64,000 nt of DNA from Phaeosaccion multiseriatum (lineage: Eukaryota > Protista > Ochrophyta, other classes). The stretch covers positions 5,828,001-5,892,000 of the forward strand of contig OZ218951.1 of assembly GCA_965112735.1 (NCBI GenBank), written 5' to 3'. Positions 53,648 through 64,000 of the stretch are shown one piece after another. Made by a program: the position numbers and the translations under genes. The notes beneath the pieces are model-generated. The model made no database searches. It saw only the letters and a program-made list of their open reading frames with translations, and was not told where the DNA came from. Positions within the stretch are counted from its first letter, which is position 1. Each line of letters starts with the position of its first letter.

Positions 53648-54870
53648 GTACGGGGTGGATGGCTGCCGCGAACATTAGGGGCCCTTCCGGTGCTCCTTGG
53701 TTGACTCCCGAGCTCTGGTAGATGGTGCGGGTGCCTTCTGGGGGTGAGGGCGTTCTGGGCTGCCGCGTGGGTCATGTTGGCTATGGCGTAGTTGATGCCT
53801 CCCGGGTCGATGGTGGAAAATGCTCCTGGTGCGAGGACGCCTCTGGCACGCGATACCTTGGTGTATGCCTTGGAGATGTCCTGCAGCACGACGGTTCTGC
53901 CGGCGTCGTGTGCCAGCTGGGCTGCTGCTGCGTGGATTTCACCTCCTCCCCTGACTGCGACCACCAGCTGCCCCGCGGCTCTGAGCTGTGGTGGCAGTGG
54001 GGTGCTCCCCGTGTGCATGAGCTCGTAGGTGTCGGTCAATGCCTCCACGCGGCTCAAGCGTCGCGCCGGACCAGTGCTCCCCCTCCTCGGCCGAGAGGGA
54101 GAGAAAAGGGCCCCTGGTTCACCTGGTGGGCCCCCAGAGACACACGCACACGGTCGTACATACATACACACCCACACACACCCTTTACAGTTCTTTTATG
54201 CCTCCTAGAAGTCAGTGAAGCCCCCCCACTGTGGGGTAGGCCACTCGTTCATGCCATATCGGAAACCCGAGGCAGACGTTAATTAATTCACTCTCGTTCT
54301 ATCCATAAAGCTTTGGCGTCTATCTCTCCCGCCAGGTGGTGGGGAGTACACAGACAAAGAGTGTGAGTCACAGTTAGCGAAGGTTCACTGACGCTACAGA
54401 TCACTCACTGGTGGAGTACAAAAAGAAACCTGGTTTATGCAGCGTCCGAACTACTAAACCGTATCAAGTCTGATCGGACAAACTCTTGATACTCGCCGAG
54501 CTTACGACACTCTTTACGAAGATCCAACTATACTTTGCAACCGTACACCCTCCTGATCGAGCACCCAAAACTCTGCCTGAGTGATTCGTAGCTCCTGGCC
54601 ATAGAATCCCCTCGTAACACCACTTGCTTGTTTATTAATCTAGGCGCTAGCTACTCACGCAACAGCGGGCCGCATGTATTGCCCGGCGACGCCTGGCTCC
54701 TCTCCCCCTTGCTTCGCTAAACGGATTCGAGCACCCACCAGCCACACTATCGCTGCCAGTCCGCACGAGAACTGCCAACGTCTAGAAAGTACAGCACTTT
54801 GAATCGAGAAGAACACCCCTGCCTTTCCCCTTTGATTGGCAGCACCTGCCACTCTGCTTCACCTGTCCTC

Positions 54871-55058
54871 GCGAGCACTCACCTACTACTACTACATTTT
54901 GAATGAAAAACAACCCCCCCCCTCAATTGGCAGCACCCACTACCCATGACCACCCCTCAATTGGCACCACCCACTACTCAGTGTTCGCGAGCACTCCCGA
55001 CCTACTACTACTACATTTTGAATGGAAAACACCCCCCCCCCCTCAATTGGTAGCACCC
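54871..55058. repeat. Degenerate tandem duplication (about 116-bp period)
   Basis: gcgagcactc..cctactactactacattttgaatg.aaaac..ccccctcaattgg.agcaccc occurs twice. Confidence 0.8.
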
Positions 55059-55175
55059 ATCCCTCTGCTTCACCAGTCCTCGCCGAGCACTCCCAACTCT
55101 ACAGCAAAACGAATCGAGAAAACACACCCGCCCTCTCCCCTCCCACCCCACCTTTCCACTCCAAGGCTTCTCTAC

Positions 55176-58100
55176 TCAAGAGCGGCGCGCGGGGAAGGCA
55201 GTCCCCCAAGGCCCATCCACGATGTAATCCTCGTCGTGCACAGACTTCAGGATGGCGTCGCGCCCCTTGAGGGCCTGGCCAGTAGCGGGGTCGAACTTGA
55301 GGGTCTGCGTCTCGCCAAGCACCCCGCTCCACTCCTCCACGCCTTCGTCGTTGGGGGACAGCATCATCACGGCGTCGACGACGTGGGCGTGGCAGCGCTC
55401 CACCTCCTGACGATAATCGATCTGGAACGCGTAGGTGGCCGTCGTGATGTAAACGGACGCCCAGCTGCCGGGCGAGTCGAAGAGGTCACGGTAAATACGC
55501 TTTTCCGCGATCCAGGCCGAGCACGCTTCGCGGTCCTCCATCCTGTGGAGACGAGCCTCCAGGACATCCAGAACACGGAGGTCGGCGGTGATGGCAAATT
55601 CTTCTTCGCTGAGCCGACGAGCACGAGGCTGGACTGTCGCACGCAGCTCCTCCTCCTCCTCCTTCAGCCGGTGCATCATGTGGACATCTCGCTTGGTCTG
55701 GCAGGTTCCAACGATATTGAAAGCCGTGACCGAGTCGCCGTTCTCGAACATGTACTCCCCAGGGGTGGTGATGGTCTCGCCGTTGATGCTCATCTCGAGG
55801 GAGCCCTCGCCGAGGCACACGCCGCCCTCTCCCGCGGGGCACCCGGGGTTGTAGTTGCCCACGTCCTTCACGCCGACTTCAATCTCATAATCGGCGAAGG
55901 TGAAGGCATGCTTCGTGACGTAAGTCTGTAGAGAGGCCGCGAGCAGAGCAGATGCAGCCGGCAGAGCGAGGCGGTGCACAACGTCGACAAGAGAAAGCAT
56001 CGTCAGTGAGATGAATCGGAACCGTCCCACGTGACAAGGAGAACATGGAAGAGACTTGACCTCCTCGCCGTCACTCACCGGCATGAGGCCATCCTCGCAC
56101 TCCTCGAAGACATGGAGGAGCCAGTTCCACTGCAGGTGGTCTTCGGCAAGGGCGGCGAACCACTTGGCGTTGAGGCCCTTGAACAGAAAGCTTTGGCCCT
56201 TGAGGCCCGTCACCACGGGATCGCTGTTGACGCCGACGGTAGCACATACGAGCACACCGCTCGACACGCTGAGGAAAGGCGGGAGAGCGACGTGGATCGA
56301 CCGGGGAAGGAAGAGATTGCAATTGGGAATGAGCTTCCATCTCAGCACGGAATGCCCGTGGATGGATAGGCGTGGCCCGGCGGGCGGCGTGTGTCACTCG
56401 ACAGAGAAAGGGGCGCCAAAAGGCTCAACTGTGGCCTGGCTGCGGAGGGTGTTAATACACGTACACTTACCACCCATCACCGGAGCAGCAGGCGGCCTCA
56501 AGCCCATCAGCAGCTTGGGCAAACTGTGCACCCTGTTGTGCACGCGAGAGGAGGGGCCAGTGCCATAGGGAAAGGAGGACGGGGCATTGCGTGCGTCAGC
56601 AGTCGACAGCCGGGGAAGACACACACCACCGAAAGGGGGGGGGCGGGGATCTGCCTGCGGCAGTGCAGCCCATGTAAAGTGTGTCAGCGCTCCGCTACTA
56701 GCTGCTACCACCTACCACACAGGAGTTGGGTCCAGTGCACAGTGCCGCGGTTCCAGGGCCAAAATCCGCGTCCTGCAAGAGGTGGGACGTGAAGGGAGGA
56801 GGATATGGGGTCTCAGTCAGAGAAGTAGAGCAACCTTAGATAGTGAAAGCAGAACCAGGCCATTGCGGGGTGAGCAGTAGCAGCTGCGAAAGGCATACAG
56901 GTGTGGGATCATCATGGTTGCCAGTGGGAAGCAGTGCACCAGGCCCGCCCCTGCTGATAGAGCGGGCGGGGAGAGCCAAACGGGGTGGCTGCAACGCGTG
57001 GATGCATCATTGTCTCAGCGCTCAAGCCTGTGTGCTGCCACCACGTACCTCACATGAGCCGTCTCCAGTGCACTCTATGGTGGTCGGGGAGTCACCAGTG
57101 ACACCTTGAAGTTTCTGTAAGGCAGAGGCAGGTGGTGGGACGGGAATAAAGGGAGGGATTGTGGTGTTTAGAGAAGCAGCCAGAGCATTCTATGAGAGTA
57201 AAAGCAAGCAGCACCGACGCGATCGAAAGTAGCGCAGAAGAAGTCAGAGTGAGGTGTGTAGCTAGCCAGTCTATCATGGCCTGCCTCTCAAGGCGAGCCG
57301 CCACACAAGAGCGCGGCCGGCCAGCGGTAGCGATACTCGAGTGCAAGGAGATGCCTGGTAGAAGAAATATACTTGCGTCCATCTTCCTTACGGCGCAGGC
57401 GGAAACACCTTCGCACTTACCCTCGTGCCTTCGGGTACTATTGCGGCTGAATCTCTCGAAACTGTGATGCCCTGTTCAAGAGCAGAGAGAGAACAGAGCA
57501 AGCAAAAGACGATGGAGCAAGGAAAGAGAAGGGAGAGCATCATATGCTTGCGAAAGCGGTAGTACATACGATCTGAAGCGAAGCCAAGACGTTGGCAGGG
57601 AGATGCGTTGGCTGGCCAGCCCGTCTATCATGTTGTGCCTCTCAATGACACGAGACCGGCCATGCAATTTGCAAGTCCAGCCATGCAACTTGCAAGGACA
57701 CGGTGGCAGACTGACTCAAGTGCTTAGCTATAGGAAAAGTACACATGCTGTCCATAATCATTCTGCATTTTGCTTACCAGGCAGGATCGCAATCCAATGC
57801 AGACTATCAGTGACCCAGATTCAATCACAGCCTTCTGTTCGAATGCACGCAGGCAGGGGAAGTGTGCACCAGTGGGGCAACAAGAGGTGGCCAGTGGTGG
57901 GACGCGAAGAAAAGGAGGATGCTGGGCGTGAGTCTCCGAGAAAAGAAAGTAGAAAGAAAGAGAATGCAGTAGCTAGCTACCATGTGATTTATCACTAATC
58001 AAGTAGTAAAGCGTAAGGAGAGGTCAGAGGTGAGCGTGTGTTGGGCCAGTATATCATGATCTGCCTCTCAATACGAGCCGCCATGGCACTGCCAGCCAGA

Positions 58101-61100
58101 GCCCGGCGGCAGGCTGACTCAAGGGGAAGCAGATGCCTAGTAGAAGAAGTACACTGGAAGAAGTACTTACCTGGCAGGTTAATTCACCTGCGCATATCCC
58201 ACTTGAGCCGCTGAAAACAGCAAACTGTTCGAATGCACGCAGGCAGGAGTGCACCAGTAGAGCATCAAGAGGTGGCCAGTCGGACGTGAAGAAAAGGAGG
58301 ATACTGGGCGTGAGTCTCCGAGAAAAAGCAGCAGAAAACGTCAGGGACGAAAGCCGTATCACATAATCTACTAAGGTAGACGAAGAGAGGTCAGAACCAG
58401 GCCATTGCGGGGTGAGCAGTAGCAGCTGCGAAAGGTATACAGGTGTGGGATCATCATGGTTGCCAGTGGGAAGCAGTCCACCAGGCCCGCCCCTGCTGAT
58501 AGAGCGGGCGGGGAGAGCCAAACGGGGTGGCTGCAGCGCGTGGATGCATCATTGTCTCAGCGCTCAAGCCCATGTGCTGCCACCACGTACCGCACATGAG
58601 CTGTCTCCAGTGCACGCTGCGGTGGTCCGGGAGACACCAGTGACATCTTGAAGTTTCTGCAAGGCAGAGGCATGTGGTGGGATGGGGGAGGGATTGTGGG
58701 GTTTAGAGAAGCAGCCAGAGCATTCTATGAGAGTAAAAGCAAGCAGCACCGACGCGATCGAAAGTAGCGCAGAAGAGGTCAGAGTGAGGTGTGTAGCTAG
58801 CCAGTTTATCATGGCCTGCCTCTCAAGGCGAGCCGCCACACACGCAAGAGCGTGGCCGGCCAGCGGTAGCGTTACTCGAGTGCAAGGAGATGCCTGGTGG
58901 AAGAAATATACTTGCGTCCATCTTCCTTACGGCGCAGGCGGAAACACCTTCGCACGTACCCTCGTTCCTTCGAGTACTATTGCTGAATCTCTCGAAACTT
59001 TGATGCCCTGTTCAAATGTGCCACAGGAGTGCAGAGAGAGAACAGAGCAAGCAAAAGACGACGGAGCAAGGAAAGAGAAGGGAGAGCATCATATGCTTGA
59101 GAAAGCGGTAGTACCATACGATCTGAAGCGAAGCCAAGACGTTAGGAGGGAGATGCGTTGGCTGGCCAGCCCGTCGATCATGTTGTGCCTCTCAATGACA
59201 TGAGACCCGCCATGCAATTTGCAAGCCCAGCCATGCAACTTGATTGCAAGGACCCAGTGGCAGACTGACTCAAGTGCATAGCTATAGAAAAAGTACCCAT
59301 GCTGTCCACAATCATTCTGTATCTTACAATGCAGGCAAGATGACCCTCGCAGACTATCAGTGACCCAGATTCAATCACAGCGTCCTGTTCGAATGCACGC
59401 AGGCAGGGGAAGTGTACACCAGTGGGGCGACAAGAGGAGGCCAGTGGTGGGACGTGAAGGAGGATGCTGGGCGTGAGTCTCCGAGAAAATAAAAGTAGAA
59501 AGAAAGAGAAAGTAGTAGGGACCATGTGATCTATCACTAATCAAGTAGTAAGGCGTAAGGAGAGGTCAGAGGTGAGTGTGTGTTGGGCCAGTACATCATG
59601 ATCTGCCTCTCAAAACGACCCGCCATGCAAGCAAGAGCCCGACGGCAGGCTCACTCAAGGGGAGGCAGATGCCTAGTAGAAGAAGTACATGATGTGATAA
59701 ATCGATGTCGACATTAGATATCGATGTCATATCGCTGGTACAAGTCCGTTCACTCCTCTAATAGCGGTATGTAGCTAATAAGACGCTTTCCCACAAACCC
59801 GAGCAAGTGCTCCACTGGTCTCTAGAAGAGAGATATCCCAACAGTACATTGGAAGAAGTACTTACCCCGCAGGAAGATTCACCGCATGTCCCCGTTGAGC
59901 CACTGAAAACAGCAAACTGTGTGCACACACGCAGGCAGGAGTGCACCAGTGGAGCATCAAGAGGTGGCCAGTCGGACGTGAAGAAAAGGAGGATACTGGG
60001 CGTGAGTCGTCGAGAAAAAGCAGCAGAAAACGTCGGTGACGAAAGCCGTATCACGTCATCTACTAAGAAGGTACTAGACGAAGAGGTCAGAGGTGAGTGT
60101 GTGTTAGGCCAGTCTATCATGATCTGCCTCTCGATACGAGCCGCCACGCCAGAGCCCGGCGGCAGGCTGACTCAAGGGGAAGCAGATGCCTAGCAGAAGA
60201 AGTACATTGGAAGAAGCACTTACGTCGCAGGAATTTTCACCTGTGCATGTCCCCGTTGAGCCGCCGCTGAAACCCGCCTCCTGTGTGCACACACGCAGGC
60301 AGGAGTGCACCAGCGGAGCATCAAGAGGCGGCCAGTCGGACGTGAAGAAAAGGAGGATGCTGGGCGTGAGCCTTCGAGAAAAAGCAGCAGAAAACGTCAG
60401 TGACGAAAGCCGTATCACGTCTTCTACTAAGAAGGTAGCTAGACGAAGAGGCCAGAGGTGACGTGTGTGTTGGGCCAGTATATCATGATCTGCCTCTCAA
60501 TACGACCCGCCATGCAAGCAAGAGCCCGACGGCAGGCTGACTCAAGGGGAAGCAGATGCCTAGTAGAAGTACATTGGAAGAAGTACTTACCTGGCAGGAA
60601 TTTTCACCTGTGCATGTCCCCGTTGAGCCGCCGCTGAAACCGGCCTCCTGTGTGCACACACGCAGGCAGGAGTGCACCAGTGGAGCATCAAGAGGCGGCC
60701 AGTCGGACGTGAAGAAAAGGAGGATGCTGGGCGTGAGCCTTCGAGAAAAAGCAGCAGAAAACGTCAGTGACGAAAGCCGTATCACGTCTTCTACTAAGAA
60801 GGTAGCTAGACGAAGAGGCCAGAGGTGACGTGTGTGTTGGGCCAGTATATCATGATCTGCCTCTCAATACGACCCGCCATGCAAGCAAGAGCCCGACGGC
60901 AGGCTGACTCAAGGGGAAGCAGATGCCTAGTAGAAGGACATTGGAAGAAGTACTTACCAGGCAGGAAAATTCACCAGTGCATGTCCCCGTTGAGCCACTG
61001 AAACCGGCCTCCTGTGTGCACACATGCAGGCAGGAGTGCACCAGTGGAGCATCAAGAGGCGGCCAGTCGGACGTGAAGAAAAGGAGGATGCTGGGCGTGA

Positions 61101-63826
61101 GTCTTCGAGAAAAAGCAGCAGAAAACGTCAGTGACGAAAGCGTATCACGTCATCTACTAAGAAGGTAGCTAGACGAAGAGGTCAGAGGTGACGTGTGTGT
61201 TGGGCCAGTATATCATGATCTGCCTCTCAATACGACCCGCCATGCAAGCAAGAGCCCGACGGCAGGCTGACTCAAGGGGAAGAGGATGCCTAGCAGAAGA
61301 AGTACATTGGAAAAGTACTTACGTCGCAGGTTAATTCACCTGCGCATATCCCACTTGAGCCGCCGCTGAAACCGGCCTCCTGTGTGCACACACGCAGGCA
61401 GGAGTGCGCCAGTGGAGCATCAAGAGGCGGCCGGTCGGACGTGAAGAAAAGGAGGATGCTGGAGCGTGCGTCTTCGAGAAAGCGCAGCAGAAAACGTCAG
61501 TGACGAAAGCCGTCTCACTTCATCTAGCTACTAAGAAGGTAGACGAAGAGAGGTCAGAGGTGAGGTGTGTGTTGGGCCAATATATCATGATCTGCCTCTC
61601 AATACGACCCGCCATGCAAGCAAGAGCCCGACGGCAGGCTGACTCAAGGGGAAGCAGATGCCTAGTAGAAGGACATTGGAAGAAGTACTTACCTTGCAGG
61701 ACAATACACCTGTGCATGTCCCCGTTGAGCCGCCGCTGAAAATGGCCCCCTGTGTGCACACACGCAGGCAGGTGTGCACCAGTGGAGCATCAAGAGGCGG
61801 CCAGTCGGGCGTGAAGAAAAGGAGGATGCTGGGCGTGAGTCTTCGAGAAAAAGCAGCAGAAAACGTCGGTGACGAAGCCGTATCACGTCATCTAGCTACT
61901 AAGAAGGTAGACGAAGAGAGCTCAGAGGTGAGCGTGTGTTGGGCCAGACTATCATGATTTGCCTCTCAATACGAGCCACCATGCAAGAACCCGGCGGCAG
62001 GCTGACGAGAGGCAGATCCTTGCGTAGATGGTAGAAGAAGTATATCACGTGAAGTATATGGTGCTCATCTTCCTCTATCTTACCGAGCAGGTACGGTCGT
62101 TACCATCGCAGTCCACCTGTGAGCCTTCGAACTTGGATGGGTTTCCCGGTTCAGACTGTGGCAGGGTTAGCACGCAGGCAGGCAGGAGTGCACCAGCGGA
62201 GCAACAAGAGGTGGTCAGCGGGACGTGAAGAAAGGGAGGATGCAGGGCGTGAGTCTCCAAGCACTACTACAAAGTCAGTGAAAGCCGTTCCACCCATCCA
62301 CGAAGGCCGAAGAGAGGTCAGAGATGGGGAGTCTTAGAAGAAGTACATGCATCTCCGTCTTCCTTACCTGGCAGGACCCTACACCAATGCAACCAACCAC
62401 TGAATCGAGAGACATGATGCCCTGTTCAAATGCAAGCAGCAGGAGTGCAAGTGGAGCAAGAGGTGGCCAGAGGGACGTGAAGAAAGTGACGATGCAGGGC
62501 GTGAGTCTCCAAGCACTATAAAGTAAGTGAAAGCCGTTCCACCCATCCACGAAGGCCGAAGAGACGTCAGAGGTGGGGTAGTCTTAGTAGAAGAAGTACA
62601 TGCATGTCCGCCTTCCTTACCAGGCAGGATTGTGGACCAGTGCAAGCGCTGACACCGGCTGTCTGTGTGTTGGAGACACTGGCTCTCTGTGCGCACGCAG
62701 GCAGGCAGGAGTGCACCAGTGGAGCAACAAGAGGTGACCAGAGGGACGTGAAGAAGGGGAGGATGCAGGGCGTGAGTCTCCAAGCACTACTACAAAGTCA
62801 GTCAAAGCCGTTCCACCCACCCACAAAGGCCGAAGAGAGGTCAGAGGTGGGGTAGTCTTAGTAGAAGAAGTACATGCAGCCATGTCCGTCTTCCTTACCT
62901 CGCAGGAACCTGGACCAACGCAAAGCAGATCTGAATCGTCAGACGTGATGTCCTGTTCAAATGCACGCAGCAGGAGTACAAGTGGAGCAAGAGGTGGCCA
63001 GAGGGACGAAAAGAAAGGGAGGATGCAGGGCGTGAGTCTCCAAGCACTATAAACACCCGTCGGTGAAAGCCGTTCCACCCATCCACGAAGGCCGAAGAGA
63101 GGTCAGAGGTGGGGTAGTCTTAGTAGAAGAAGTATATGCATGTCCGTCTTCCTTACCTCGCAGGAATCTGGACCACGGCAAACCACATCTGAAGCGGTAG
63201 ACGTGATGTCCTGTTCAAATGCAAGCAGCAGGAGTACAAGTGGAGCAAGAGGTGGCCAGACGCGAAGAAAAGGAGGATGTTGGGCCTGAGTCTCCGAGAG
63301 AAAGCAGCACACTATGTGAGTAAAAGCCGTACGACGCGAACTACTACTATCATGATCTGCCTCTCAAGGCGATCCGCCATGATTCACTCCCCCCCCCTCT
63401 TTTCCTTCCGTACCGAGCAGGAATCTGATGCGGAGCATTCCGCCCTTGATTGCGAGGTCAACTCAACACCCTGTGTGCAAGCAGGCAGGCAGTTGTGCAC
63501 CAGAGGAGCAACAAGAGGAGGCCAGAGGGACGTGAAGAAAAGGAGCATGCAGGGCGTGAGTCTCCGAGAAAACGAACTTTAAACACGAAGTGAAAGCCGA
63601 ACCAGAGATTGGTGTACTGTGGGGAAGAGTGTACTGTGGGGAAGAGTGGTCAGAGGTGAGGTGTGTGTTACGGTGTCTCCGGGGTGTCGCTCCCCTGACG
63701 GGGGCGAACGGCAGCTTGACTCAAGGGGAAGCAGATGCTTATAACTAGGCTGTTGTCCGCCTTTCTTACCGGGCAGGCGTCCGCAGCAGCGCAGAGCGCA
63801 GTTGCATCCGAGTCAAACGTGGAGTC
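55176..63826 (-). CDS. Cys-repeat cassette-exon protein with VWD-like C-terminal domain (5' end outside the window)
   Basis: 21 cassette exons are followed by cap exon 56471-56532 (phase 0-2), exon 56079-56268 (CVSSG..NSDPVVTGLKGQSFLFKG..WFA) and terminal exon 55176-55925 (..GVLGET). Phases join in frame, using internal donors for the two frameshifted cassettes. Confidence 0.82.
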
Positions 63827-63900
63827 CTGTTCAAAGGCACGCAGTAGGAGCGAAAGCAAGTGGAGCAACAAGTTTTTGGATGTGAACAAAAGGAGCAGGA
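56716..63900 (-). repeat. Tandem array of exon+intron units (period mostly about 255-390 bp) with a 1.54-kb higher-order duplication
   Basis: Recurrent intron blocks include gcaggagtgcaccagtggagcatcaagagg, gggcgtgagtctccgagaaaa and tatcatgatctgcctctcaa. About 56851-58150 matches about 58393-59690. Confidence 0.95.
59691..59842. mobile_element. 152-bp insertion with 7-bp target-site duplication (AGTACAT)
   Basis: Sibling introns read gaagtacattggaag. Here agtacat occurs at both 59684-59690 and 59843-59849 around unrelated sequence. Confidence 0.8.
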
Positions 63901-64000
63901 GACTCAGGGCGAGAAGCCAAGCAGTAGACTACTGGCAGCCGGTATGAGCGAGAGCGAAAGCACTACCGGGCGATCTAAAGCAGATGTGCCGCTCAGTACG

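Noticed and set aside
58440-58495. Possible extra cassette exon (GGPGGLLPTGNHDDPTP), also near 56900-56950
   Set aside because: It has no Cys motif, a weak donor, and a stop in the phase-0 reading. It is treated as intron.
56800-64000. CRISPR array or plain satellite; repeated ORFs such as MIRLSSLTFSAAFSRRLTP and MPSRRSTLEEVL
   Set aside because: The repeats are about 200-330 bp, there are no cas genes, and the context is eukaryotic. The variable parts have splice sites and keep frame and Cys spacing, so they are exons. The listed ORFs are read-through or antisense of intron repeats.

Overview
Gene-dense, intron-rich, GC-rich eukaryotic DNA with abundant microsatellites. It is probably from a photosynthetic stramenopile (ochrophyte); this is an inference from the TerC gene with a long N-terminal extension, the Crypton element and the FNIP genes. 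From 1 to 52 kb lie mostly housekeeping genes: SDF2, a SERHL-like hydrolase, two F-box-like/FNIP genes, an RluA pseudouridine synthase, a WDR81-type BEACH/WD40 gene, RabGGT-beta, a divergent H2A/H2B pair with stem-loops, a large IQ-motif protein, a CIPK/SnRK-like kinase, TerC and NDUFS7. An intact Crypton-type tyrosine-recombinase element sits between the divergent TerC and NDUFS7 genes. The standout is 55.2-64 kb (- strand). What looks like satellite DNA is one gene, open at the window edge, with at least 21 cassette micro-exons (19 cleanly phase 0-0, two frameshifted). The 19 in-frame exons each encode one variable 17-24 aa Cys-x5/6-Cys repeat. The exons are embedded in homologous, often near-identical introns and splice in frame onto a constant VWD-like C-terminal domain. 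Duplicated exons differ far more than their introns, almost only at non-synonymous sites, and some are mosaics of other exons. This is a candidate exon-shuffling or diversifying extracellular protein system. All gene models and alignments were made by eye.
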